A DNA stretch of 64,000 nucleotides from Candidatus Latescibacterota bacterium (GTDB lineage: Bacteria > Latescibacterota > UBA2968), in NCBI GenBank assembly GCA_965207885.1, contig OZ242311.1:3456001-3520000 (forward strand). Reading direction: 5' to 3'. The position numbers were made by a program, and so were the translations under genes. Shown here one piece after another: positions 10,196-19,680 of the stretch. The notes beneath the pieces are model-generated. The model saw only the letters and a list, made by a program, of their open reading frames with translations, was not told the origin of the DNA and did not search any database. How positions within the stretch are numbered: the stretch's first letter is position 1; each line of letters begins with the position of its first letter.

Positions 10196-12493
10196 TCAAC
10201 ACAACGTTGCCACCACAACACCGTTTTGATCTCTTTTCTCCGCGTGCAATGTCTCACCTACCCAAACCTTCAATTCGCCATTGGGCAACGGCACCATCAG
10301 CGTTTCATCGTCCATCAGAACCGGACCACCTTCTGGCACATCCCCCGCTCTGTGCGGTCGCAATACCGCAATAAATGTGGCATCTTTACGCGGTATCGTT
10401 GTCTCTGCCGTTACGTGATACTCTCTGAGTTGAACGCGCTCCCTCGGCGGTGGATCAAACTGATCTGTCTGACTGATTTTCAAATTTCCAGGACACAGCA
10501 GAGACACCACACAACCCGCATCACCAGTCGTAATTTTTAGCGTCTGTCCCTCGACATCCATTTCCGTTTCAGCATGCAAATAATACTGAAATGTCGAAGC
10601 CTCTTGTGCCACTACCGTATCGCAAATCACCACCGCATCGGGTTTGGCAAACAAAATCTGCCGCGTAAATTTCTTCAGCTTTCCCCCATAAGCCGGGGCG
10701 GCTTCGCCAGCCACATAATCAAATACATCCGACGTTTGAAAATCCAGAATTTCACCCATTGCAGCAGCCTGGTTACGCAACTGACTCCTGCCGTTTACCC
10801 CAATGCAATTGGTTGATTTTGTATGGTGCATCCAGTTCTTGTGGTGGTCGCTGCCGTGAATATCGCGCTGTCCCGTGTGAATCAACAAACGCTCGCCAAA
10901 AGCAAATAGCGAAAACGAATTTTGCGCGTCAAAACCGTGACTCTGCGACCCCAATGGACTGCTTTTAAAAATGACCGACACATTGTTTTTTCCATCCGTC
11001 AAATCCGAATTCATCGCCACCAACCCCGTGCCGCGAAAACATTTTGAAGAAGGCAAATCCACCGGTGCTTTTGCAGACACTTCTGGCAACGCACCCCGCA
11101 CAAAATCGATATAGAGCGACCGCCCGGCACCCACGGCATCCAACCGGCGCGCGCTCGTCTCCTCTTTCACTTTCTCCGGGTGCATATCCACATACCACTT
11201 CCAGTATGGATTGCGCGCCTGAGCCGCCAGCGTGCGCATCAAATCGCAATTCTGATCCGATGTTCTCGTCGTCGTCAAATCGCCCACGCCACCACCCCGC
11301 GTACCCGGAGGCTGAAAATACATCGGATAATCGCCAGCGCGTGCAAAATACGGCTTGCAATACGCATCAATCCCCATTGCCGCCTGCATAATATCCGCCC
11401 ACCACGTAAAGCGCTGAACATAACTCTCCCAGTATTGCAATCCCTGGTGCCAGCCGCCATCTTCATCGCACCACGCGGGATACACCGCACCAAACACATT
11501 CATAGCGAACCACACCCACTCCTCCGCTTCGGGAATCTCATCCAAAAACGCCACGCCAATCTCTCCTAAAAAATGCCAGGCTCGACCGGCATGACTCCCA
11601 TAAGGATGCCATAAATAGCGCATCTCAGTCGCCAGATGGTCGTACATTTCCTGCCCCTGCACCTTCATCACCGCCCGGCATATATCGCGCTCTTCTTCGC
11701 TCAACAAATCGTTCACAAACGTATAAGTGCGGCAAAAATAGTAATTATAAGGCATACCCGCTTCGTCATTATACCGATAGCCTGTCGCCCCCAGGGGATC
11801 CCATTTGGCACACGCCAGCAGCAACTCTTTCGCCTTCTCACCGTAGTGATCCTGCCCACCCAAAAGCCGCGTAAAAGCCAGCGTCGCCGCGCTGTTTAAC
11901 ACGCGAATCGTGTACATCCGATTTCCCCACCAGATCTCCCGCCATTCCTCGCTCAGAACAACAGTCCCTTCGGGATACAGGGGCGGTTCTTTGGTAGATG
12001 GCATATCGGCCAGGATATCTTCGCATGTTGCGACCAGATCGTCGTAAATCGGTTTCAGGTCTCCCCGTGCCCGTGTGCGCAAGCTATCCAAATCCTCTGG
12101 ACGCACAAACAAGCGCGGATGGCTCTTTGGGATGCGCCCAATCAATTCACTGCATTTGGGCAAGGGCAATGCTTTTGCATTCTGGTCAATCACAAAAGCG
12201 CGCCCCGAACTCCAATCCGACACCTTTCCTCCCCTATCGACAAATCGGAACCGCCAGTACCACTGCCCCGACTCAAACACCTCCGCTGGGCGGTGAACCG
12301 TATATGTCACGCCCTTAGCCTCGTATGCGACCTTTGAAAAATCCGCGCCCCGCGCACACTGAATATCATAGCTCGCAGCATTCTCCTGCGGGCGCCACAC
12401 AAATGCCGGTGGCGTCTCCTCTGTCGTCACATTTTCTGGTCTAAATCCCCATTCTCCCGGCTGTGCGGGCCTTTCGTCAATTATCAATGCCAT
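10196..12493 (-). CDS. DUF4962 / heparinase II/III-domain polysaccharide lyase (PL15-like)
   Basis: HPRLF, GSHAGR, GGWHQGLQYW, SHGFDAQNSF; start MALIIDE after AAAGGAGA (track start 12577 overlaps upstream gene). Confidence 0.8.
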   Translation of the reverse strand: MALIIDERPAQPGEWGFRPENVTTEETPPAFVWRPQENAASYDIQCARGADFSKVAYEAKGVTYTVHRPAEVFESGQWYWRFRFVDRGGKVSDWSSGRAFVIDQNAKALPLPKCSELIGRIPKSHPRLFVRPEDLDSLRTRARGDLKPIYDDLVATCEDILADMPSTKEPPLYPEGTVVLSEEWREIWWGNRMYTIRVLNSAATLAFTRLLGGQDHYGEKAKELLLACAKWDPLGATGYRYNDEAGMPYNYYFCRTYTFVNDLLSEEERDICRAVMKVQGQEMYDHLATEMRYLWHPYGSHAGRAWHFLGEIGVAFLDEIPEAEEWVWFAMNVFGAVYPAWCDEDGGWHQGLQYWESYVQRFTWWADIMQAAMGIDAYCKPYFARAGDYPMYFQPPGTRGGGVGDLTTTRTSDQNCDLMRTLAAQARNPYWKWYVDMHPEKVKEETSARRLDAVGAGRSLYIDFVRGALPEVSAKAPVDLPSSKCFRGTGLVAMNSDLTDGKNNVSVIFKSSPLGSQSHGFDAQNSFSLFAFGERLLIHTGQRDIHGSDHHKNWMHHTKSTNCIGVNGRSQLRNQAAAMGEILDFQTSDVFDYVAGEAAPAYGGKLKKFTRQILFAKPDAVVICDTVVAQEASTFQYYLHAETEMDVEGQTLKITTGDAGCVVSLLCPGNLKISQTDQFDPPPRERVQLREYHVTAETTIPRKDATFIAVLRPHRAGDVPEGGPVLMDDETLMVPLPNGELKVWVGETLHAEKRDQNGVVVATLC

Positions 12494-12503
12494 TTTTTCT
12501 CCT

Positions 12504-13835
12504 TTATCGGACGATCCGGCGGAAGGGTTCCGAGTGCAGATCGCAAATGAGCAGATCGTCGATAGAATCATTTTCAAGCCCCTGCTTTACGACGCGCAAA
12601 GAGGCTTCAACCGCATCAGCAGTAATACGCACATCCTCTTCGGTATGTGCAAGCGTAGGACCAAAGCCCATGTAACAATGCACACCCCGGCGAGCCATCT
12701 CCTGAATAAAAAGCGTCTGAACCTTGCCGCGCAATGCCTCATCGGGCAAATCAAGCACCAGATTAGGCGTTGCGGGAAACCCCTTGCACGATCCCGAAAG
12801 ACCAGCAGATGAGACCGCTTCGTCAATTGCCCCGGCTACTTTTTGGCCCATTTCGGCCAGATGTGTCTCGCTATCTCGCCTTTTGAGTTCTCGGATGGTG
12901 GTCAGCGACGCAACAGGACCGATATTATCGCTCCAATACGAACTGGAAATAAACATCGCTTTGGCGGGTTCCATCGCCTCTCGAGATCCAACAACAGCCC
13001 CCATCGGATAACCATTGGACATGCCTTTGGCAATCACCGTGATATCTGGCGTAACACCCAAATATTTCTGCATACCGCCAATAGACTCGCGCCAACCGCA
13101 GGAGACTTCGTCGAAGATGAGCAAAGCGCCGTGCCTGCGGGCAAGCTCTTTGACCCCTTCGAGATACCCCTCTTCGGGCCACTCAGACCGAGCTGGCTCC
13201 ATCATAACAGCGGCAACCTCGCCCTGATATTCGTTCAACAAACGCCCGAGCATATCGAGATCGCCATAGGTAAATGGAACCGCCGTTCCCGCCAGCGCAC
13301 GCGGTACGCCAATCGGCTCAATACCGGCAAAGGGATATTCTCCACTCTCGGGATCGACGAGATAATTTGCCGATTGATACCAATCGTGCCACCCGTGATA
13401 ACCGCAAAAAAGAATGACATCTCGATTGGTCGTACCCCGAGCAATGCGCGCAGCCACCGCACAGGCTTCCCCTCCCCCCTTTGTATAGCGCACCATTTCA
13501 GCACTCGGTATGGTATTGATCAACTCATCTGCCAGCTCAATTTCGAGCGCACTATTCATGGAATGCAGGCTACCCAGATCTATCTGTTGTTTTACAGCAC
13601 CATCGACAACGGGATCTGCATAGCCCAAAATAATAGCTCCCAAAGCGCGAATCCAATCGATATACTCGTTGCCGTCAACATCGACAAATCGCGCGCCTTT
13701 TGATCGCGCGACATAGAGAGGACTAACCCCATTTGCAACCCGGTCAGCCCTTCGGCTGATGAGCTGTGTCCAACCGGGAATGCGTTCTCCCGCTTTCTTA
13801 TACAGTTCTAACGATTTTGTGACATCATGTGACAT
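12504..13835 (-). CDS. class III PLP aminotransferase (glutamate-1-semialdehyde aminomutase-like)
   Basis: DVDGNEYID, GYHGWHD, LIFDEV, AKGMSNGYP. Confidence 0.9.
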   Translation of the reverse strand: MSHDVTKSLELYKKAGERIPGWTQLISRRADRVANGVSPLYVARSKGARFVDVDGNEYIDWIRALGAIILGYADPVVDGAVKQQIDLGSLHSMNSALEIELADELINTIPSAEMVRYTKGGGEACAVAARIARGTTNRDVILFCGYHGWHDWYQSANYLVDPESGEYPFAGIEPIGVPRALAGTAVPFTYGDLDMLGRLLNEYQGEVAAVMMEPARSEWPEEGYLEGVKELARRHGALLIFDEVSCGWRESIGGMQKYLGVTPDITVIAKGMSNGYPMGAVVGSREAMEPAKAMFISSSYWSDNIGPVASLTTIRELKRRDSETHLAEMGQKVAGAIDEAVSSAGLSGSCKGFPATPNLVLDLPDEALRGKVQTLFIQEMARRGVHCYMGFGPTLAHTEEDVRITADAVEASLRVVKQGLENDSIDDLLICDLHSEPFRRIVR

Positions 13836-13838
13836 AGC

Positions 13839-14846
13839 CTATTCCCGCCAATTAAAAATGACACCCAGCATAGATTTTTCACGCGCGTAGGCCATTTCAT
13901 AAGCCTGGACCATTTCCGTATAATGCAAACGGTGCGTAATAAGACGGCTGGGCTGAAGTTTTTTTTCTGCCATAAGAGAAAGAACGTGATCGCAATGACC
14001 CAAATGACCCGATGCATCGGCCTGCGGATATAATTGGGCATCTGCTCCATGCACGGCAATCAGAGATATCCCCTTGGCGTAAAACCATTCCATTGCCAGA
14101 GGGTTAAAGTCAAGCGGTGGTTCGCCCCGCCCCAGAAGACTGACGATAGAGACCCGGCCATTTTGCCGCACAATTTCAACAGATGTTTTGAAAGCCGGCC
14201 AGGGATTCGCCGTAAGAATAACCAGATCAATGCCTCTTCCATTTGTAAAAACGTCGAGTTTCTCTTCGAGGTCTGGATCATCTGATAAATAAGCCGCATG
14301 AGCACCCATTTGTTTTGCCATATCCAACCTGATGGAACTATTTCCAAGCCCAACCACGCGAGCACCAAAAAGAGGACCTAAAGCGACTGCCCCCAGGCCG
14401 AGAACACCCAGACCAACAACGGCGACATTTTCGCCGGGTCTAAATAATGCTTTGTGATAACAATGTGCGCTGAGCGCATAGAGGTGTGCATACACAGCAT
14501 CTTCATCATCGGCATCAGGGGGTATTTTGAAGATGTCACCAAACTGGCTTATGATGTATTCAGATTGGTGAGGCTGAGTCGCCACAACGCGATCGCCAAC
14601 CTCAAAACGCGTGACCCCGGCACCAATACCGCGAACAATACCCAGATTGCTATCGCCAACGAATCGCGGATAGTCCGGCGCACCTGGTACGCGATCTGCG
14701 CCTTCAAAATTGCCCCGATCTGTCCCAATTTTAAACGCACTGATCTGCGTTTCAACCCAGACATCATCAGCACCAAGCGCGCTCGTATCAAGCGGGTGCT
14801 CTTCAATGCGAAGGTCTCGTGGACCGTGGAGTATGGCTTTTTTCAT
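13839..14846 (-). CDS. medium-chain dehydrogenase/reductase (probably non-zinc subgroup)
   Basis: GroES-like N-terminus with GTD in place of CxSD; GLGVLG Rossmann motif. Confidence 0.85.
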   Translation of the reverse strand: MKKAILHGPRDLRIEEHPLDTSALGADDVWVETQISAFKIGTDRGNFEGADRVPGAPDYPRFVGDSNLGIVRGIGAGVTRFEVGDRVVATQPHQSEYIISQFGDIFKIPPDADDEDAVYAHLYALSAHCYHKALFRPGENVAVVGLGVLGLGAVALGPLFGARVVGLGNSSIRLDMAKQMGAHAAYLSDDPDLEEKLDVFTNGRGIDLVILTANPWPAFKTSVEIVRQNGRVSIVSLLGRGEPPLDFNPLAMEWFYAKGISLIAVHGADAQLYPQADASGHLGHCDHVLSLMAEKKLQPSRLITHRLHYTEMVQAYEMAYAREKSMLGVIFNWRE

Positions 14847-14873
14847 AAGTTTTCACCTTTTTCGATAGTTGTA

Positions 14874-15605
14874 TCATTCAGGCGCATCTCCATATACATT
14901 AAACCCCATCCGATCCTCACCGCGCACCAGATGAAGGTGATACCTTTTGTAACACCGCACAATAGGAATAGTAATGCGTATCGCCAATCCCAGGCGTCGG
15001 CAATCAGACGTATTGGCCGCTGAGTAGTGGAGCATGCGCTCGGTAAAGAGAAAGAATTGTCCGGCTTTCATTTTCATCTTCACAACGCGATCCGGGTCAA
15101 CGTCAATGTGATCGGGGTCGCCCTGTTGGCGAAAAGCCTGTTCGGGTGTTGCTTTAATGTGCGGAATCATTCTTCGGTGCGACCCCGGCATGAGTTGAAC
15201 GCAACTGTTGATGACATCTGTATCGTCAATGGCTAACCAGGCAGAAACATTGATACCCGGTTCTATTTCGGTGGACCAGAAATTCATATCCTGATGCCAG
15301 GGAATTTCTTTGGCACCGGGGGGTTTGTTAAAAAAGTTGGATTGCCAGAGCACGATATCCGGACCGAGGATGCCTTCTACCCGATCCATAATGGTCGGAT
15401 GTGTACACAGATCGTAGATCGTTCGACTATCGAGATGCCGCGATTTTTTCCGATTGACGTGAAACGGGCCTTCGGCTTCAAAAATTTCATGCTCAACAAC
15501 AGGTCGAATACGATCCATTTCTTCTGGCGAATGCATCGTATATGGCCCGAGATACCCCTCGTCGTGAAAGAACCGCACATCTTCTGGTGTTAATCGATAG
15601 GACAT
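14874..15605 (-). CDS. PhyH-family Fe(II)/2OG dioxygenase (canonical HxD)
   Basis: PWHQD, PGSH, MLHYSAAN..R. Confidence 0.9.
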   Translation of the reverse strand: MSYRLTPEDVRFFHDEGYLGPYTMHSPEEMDRIRPVVEHEIFEAEGPFHVNRKKSRHLDSRTIYDLCTHPTIMDRVEGILGPDIVLWQSNFFNKPPGAKEIPWHQDMNFWSTEIEPGINVSAWLAIDDTDVINSCVQLMPGSHRRMIPHIKATPEQAFRQQGDPDHIDVDPDRVVKMKMKAGQFFLFTERMLHYSAANTSDCRRLGLAIRITIPIVRCYKRYHLHLVRGEDRMGFNVYGDAPE

Positions 15606-15617
15606 TTTTTCTCTCCC

Positions 15618-17468
15618 TTAAACAAAAGTGACCTCTCCCTTAAACTGGCTCATATACAAATTGTAATAAAATCCCTCGGCCTTCAGCAACGCCCGATGCG
15701 AACCGCGTTCAATAATCTGCCCATCGTCAATAACCAGAATCTCATCCACATTGCGAATCGTGCTCAACCGATGGGCAATAATAAAGCTCGTTCGCCCCTC
15801 CATCAGCCTTAAAAGCGCCTGTTGAATCCGCATCTCCGTTCGCGTATCCACGCTGGACGTCGCCTCATCTAAAATGAGAATCGACGGATCGGCCAACGCG
15901 GCTCTCGCAATAGCCAGCATCTGCCGCTGTCCCTGGCTCAAATTGCCGCCGCGTTCCGAAAGCACCGTATCATATCCCTGGGGCAGGCGGTGAATAAAGG
16001 GATCCGCATTGGCCAATTTAGCCGCATCAACCACCTCCTCATCCGAAGCATCTAACCTTCCATAAAGGATATTTTCCCGCACAGTATCAGACAGCAAAAA
16101 AGTATCCTGCAACACAATACCCAGTTGCCGCCGCAACGCTTCCCGTTTCACCTGCCGAATATCATGGCCGTCGATATAGATCGCCCCACTATCGATATCG
16201 TAAAACCTGGTCAGCAAATTCACAATGGTCGTCTTGCCCGCTCCCGTCGGTCCTACCAGCGCAATCTTCTCCCCCGGCCTGGCGTGCAAACCCACTTCTT
16301 TGAGCACCGGCACATCTTTTTCATAACCAAAACACACCCGATCAAAAACCACATCGCCCCGAACCTGATCTAACGCGGCCGCATCTGGCATATCGGGCGC
16401 TTCGGGAAACTCGTCAATAGTCTCAAAAACCCGCTCTGCCCCGGCCAGTGCCGACTGTATCGAATTGTACAAATTGGCAACCTGTCCCAAAGGCCGTCCA
16501 AACTGCCGCACATAGCTGATAAAAGCGGCAATCACACCGATTGTCACATCGCCCTGAACCGCCATATAGCCCCCCGCAAAAGCCACAATCACCAGACCCA
16601 TATTATTCACAAAAAAGGTCAGAGGCGGCATCAGCGTCCCGAAAAACTGCGCGCGCGTACCAGCGTACTTCAACCTGTTATTGAACTTTTCAAACGCCTC
16701 AATCGAAGCCTGTTCGCGTCCATAAGCTTTCACCACCTGCTCTGCCGCAATTGTCTCTTCAACCATCCCATTGAGCGCACCCAGTGCCGCCTGCTGTTCG
16801 CGAAACCCCCGGCGCGCCCGTTTGGCGACCTGCCCTGTCAAAGACGCCATCAGCGGAAAGGTGAGCAAACTAATCAACGCCAGAGGCCAATCCATCCAGA
16901 ACATCATGGCCGACACGCCCACCAGGGTCAACACGCTATTAATCAACTGCGTCACGCTATCCGACAACACACTGCTGATATTATCCACATCATTGGTCAC
17001 CCGGCTCATGATATCGCCACTGGCACGCCGGTCGAAGAACCGCAGCGGAAGCACCTGCAAGCGATCAAAAAGATCCTGTCGCAAATCCCGCACAGAGCTT
17101 TGAGATACCCGTGCCATAATAAACGTCTGAAGCCAGGATGTCAGTGCCATCGCCACATACACCCCCGCCAACAACAGGGTAATTTGAAAAAGGCCCGGCA
17201 AGTCGCTATAGGCGATATACTCATCAATCGCGCGCGCCATCAAATACGGACCTGCCACCTCCAACCCCGTTGTGATCACCACCAGCCCCACCACCCCGAT
17301 CAAAGTCCCCTTGTAGCGTCTCATATACCCCAGCAAACGGCGGGTAGTTCCCCGGATATCCCGCGCCCGCTCGTCGTCACCCATCATTATCATCCGGCGA
17401 CGCCCCCCCATCATCATTCCGCCTGGACCCTGCTGTTCACCGTCGCGCTGTCGATCAACTTCCGCCAT
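15618..17468 (-). CDS. heterodimeric ABC exporter subunit (TM288-like, consensus site)
   Basis: TMD plus GPTGAGKT, LSQGQ, ILDEATS, IAHR. Confidence 0.93.
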   Translation of the reverse strand: MAEVDRQRDGEQQGPGGMMMGGRRRMIMMGDDERARDIRGTTRRLLGYMRRYKGTLIGVVGLVVITTGLEVAGPYLMARAIDEYIAYSDLPGLFQITLLLAGVYVAMALTSWLQTFIMARVSQSSVRDLRQDLFDRLQVLPLRFFDRRASGDIMSRVTNDVDNISSVLSDSVTQLINSVLTLVGVSAMMFWMDWPLALISLLTFPLMASLTGQVAKRARRGFREQQAALGALNGMVEETIAAEQVVKAYGREQASIEAFEKFNNRLKYAGTRAQFFGTLMPPLTFFVNNMGLVIVAFAGGYMAVQGDVTIGVIAAFISYVRQFGRPLGQVANLYNSIQSALAGAERVFETIDEFPEAPDMPDAAALDQVRGDVVFDRVCFGYEKDVPVLKEVGLHARPGEKIALVGPTGAGKTTIVNLLTRFYDIDSGAIYIDGHDIRQVKREALRRQLGIVLQDTFLLSDTVRENILYGRLDASDEEVVDAAKLANADPFIHRLPQGYDTVLSERGGNLSQGQRQMLAIARAALADPSILILDEATSSVDTRTEMRIQQALLRLMEGRTSFIIAHRLSTIRNVDEILVIDDGQIIERGSHRALLKAEGFYYNLYMSQFKGEVTFV

Positions 17469-19200
17469 ATCCGTTTCCCTCTCCGAGCTGTGAATCGTAA
17501 ATCTCCTGATATACTGAACTGGATTCCATTAATTCCTGGTGCGTACCCTCGGCAACCAGCACACCATCGTCCAGCACCAGAATCTTATCCGCCTTCAACA
17601 CCGTACTGATCCGCTGCGCCACCAGAAAACTCGTACACCCGACCATCTGTTCAAGCGCATCGTGAATCCCGGCCTCTGTCTCCAGATCTACCGCACTGGT
17701 ACTATCGTCTAAAATCAACACCTTTGGACGGGAGATCAACGCCCGGGCTATCGCTATCCGCTGCCTCTGTCCTCCCGATAGATTCACGCCGCGCTGCCCC
17801 AATAGCGTCTCGTACTTATCTGGAAACTGGACAATAAAATCGTGTGCCATAGCTGCCCGAGCAGCGGCCTCAACCTCTTCATCGGTCGCATCGGGACGTC
17901 CGTACAGGATATTGTACCGAATCGTACCCGAAAAAAGCACCGATTCCTGGAGTGCCATCCCAATCTGCTGTCGCAGCGTCCCCTGATCCACATCGCGCAC
18001 ATCCATCCCATCCACCATCACCCGCCCTGCATCCACATCGTAAAACCGCGGTATAAGATTCACCAGCGACGACTTGCCCGCCCCAGTCGAACCCAGAATC
18101 GCCACCTTCTGCCCCGGCTCCGCGACAAAGCTCAGATTTCGCAATACCGGATCATCTGCCGTCTCGTTATAGCTAAATGTCACATCTTCAAACGCAACCT
18201 GCCCCTCCAACACCACATCGCGCTTTGCATCTGCCCGATCCTGTAACTCGGGCTCGCTATTCAGCACCTCGACAATGCGCTCAGCCGAAGCCTCTGCACG
18301 GGACATCCGGATAAGCACCATACTACCAATCATCAGAGACTGCAAGAACAGCAACAGATAATTGATAAACGCAATAATCTCGCCCAGCTTCATCCCGCCC
18401 TGGGTTACGGCAATTCCCCCAAACCATATCACTCCCACAACACCCAGATTCAATAGCAGCATCATAAATGGCATCACCAGAGCCACCAGTTGCGTCACCC
18501 GAATCGTCTGTTCCATCAACCTGTTATTTGCCGTTCCAAACCGTTCGGTCTCGTGGTCAGCCCTCAAAAAAGCCTTCACCACGCGCACACCTGCCAGATT
18601 TTCCTGCGTCACCTGATTCACCCGATCCAGGCGATTCTGCACTTCGCCAAACATCGCATTGGCTTTTCGAAACACCAGAATCAAAGTCCCCAGAATCACG
18701 GGAGCCAGCCCAATAAACATCAACCCCAGGCGGGGACTGGTCACAATCGCCATCACCAGACCGCCCACCATTGCCATCGGCATACGCGATAGAATGCGCA
18801 ATATCAAACGCGCCACCTCTCCCACCTGTCGCACATCGTTGGTCAGTCGCGTAATCAGATGTCCCGTTGACAGCTTATCCAGATTGCCAAACGAAAGCGA
18901 CTGAATTTTGCCAAAAAGCGCGCTTCGCACATCGGTCTCCACCCGCTGCGCTACCCACACGCCAAACCAGGCATTGCCGATTCCAAACAAAACGCCCCCA
19001 ATCGCCAGGCCCAGCATCCACAACCCCGTCTCAATCACCAGATCCAGATCTCCTCTGGCAATCCCCTCATCTACAATCCGCTGTACCAACCGGGGATGCA
19101 TCAACTCCAGCATCACCTCGATCAATTTCAGCAGCGGACCGATAGTCGCCTGCTTCCAATAGGGCCGCATATAACCCATCAACTTCAGAATATTGTGCAT
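17455..19200 (-). CDS. heterodimeric ABC exporter subunit (TM287-like, degenerate site)
   Basis: GSTGAGKS, LSGGQ, Walker B ILDD, switch VAQR. Confidence 0.93.
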   Translation of the reverse strand: MHNILKLMGYMRPYWKQATIGPLLKLIEVMLELMHPRLVQRIVDEGIARGDLDLVIETGLWMLGLAIGGVLFGIGNAWFGVWVAQRVETDVRSALFGKIQSLSFGNLDKLSTGHLITRLTNDVRQVGEVARLILRILSRMPMAMVGGLVMAIVTSPRLGLMFIGLAPVILGTLILVFRKANAMFGEVQNRLDRVNQVTQENLAGVRVVKAFLRADHETERFGTANNRLMEQTIRVTQLVALVMPFMMLLLNLGVVGVIWFGGIAVTQGGMKLGEIIAFINYLLLFLQSLMIGSMVLIRMSRAEASAERIVEVLNSEPELQDRADAKRDVVLEGQVAFEDVTFSYNETADDPVLRNLSFVAEPGQKVAILGSTGAGKSSLVNLIPRFYDVDAGRVMVDGMDVRDVDQGTLRQQIGMALQESVLFSGTIRYNILYGRPDATDEEVEAAARAAMAHDFIVQFPDKYETLLGQRGVNLSGGQRQRIAIARALISRPKVLILDDSTSAVDLETEAGIHDALEQMVGCTSFLVAQRISTVLKADKILVLDDGVLVAEGTHQELMESSSVYQEIYDSQLGEGNGYGGS

Positions 19201-19363
19201 ATCAGATCCTTAATTTTATTGAGATATTTGCTCTCCTGAGAAGTGCGCGAAGCGCAATGGTGGGGCAATTTAATTTTTTAATCTCTATATTAGCAATTCG
19301 GCTCAAAATTTCCAAGCCTCAACTCGTACGAGGCTCAGAACAAAATGATGTCAAAAATTACAC

Positions 19364-19392
19364 TTGACAGATATATTCACTCCCCGCATATT
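19364..19392 (+). promoter_or_regulatory. putative sigma70 promoter of the DEAD-box helicase
   Basis: TTGACA-17 nt-CATATT. Confidence 0.5.
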
Positions 19393-19520
19393 TAGAGGCT
19401 ATTATGATATTTTAGCGTTGCTCAGATAGTAAACAAATAGCTGTTAAGGGCATCTATTTGATCCCTACCGCTGGCGCTAAACTTCCAACTGCTAACTCTT
19501 ATACGGCACCGCATTTAACG

Positions 19521-19554
19521 CAAGCTCCCGATGTGCGACCCTATCGGGGGCTTG
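19521..19554 (+). promoter_or_regulatory. 12-bp hairpin in the helicase leader (attenuator-like)
   Basis: CAAGCTCCCGAT / ATCGGGGGCTTG with one G-U pair, followed by T-rich sequence. Confidence 0.45.
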
Positions 19555-19680
19555 TTGCTTGTACCCACTTTTTTATAATTAGCGCACCGGGTTTCTCGCA
19601 GCAGTAGCTCATCGGTCTTCCCTGCTCGTATTTTTACCCCACGCTGAGTCATCTCTTTAGACTAAGGAGTCTATTCCCGC

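Noticed and set aside
15618-19200. Degenerate Walker B/switch and Gly/Met-rich N-terminus in the ABC pair
   Set aside because: Normal for TM287/288-type heterodimeric exporters.
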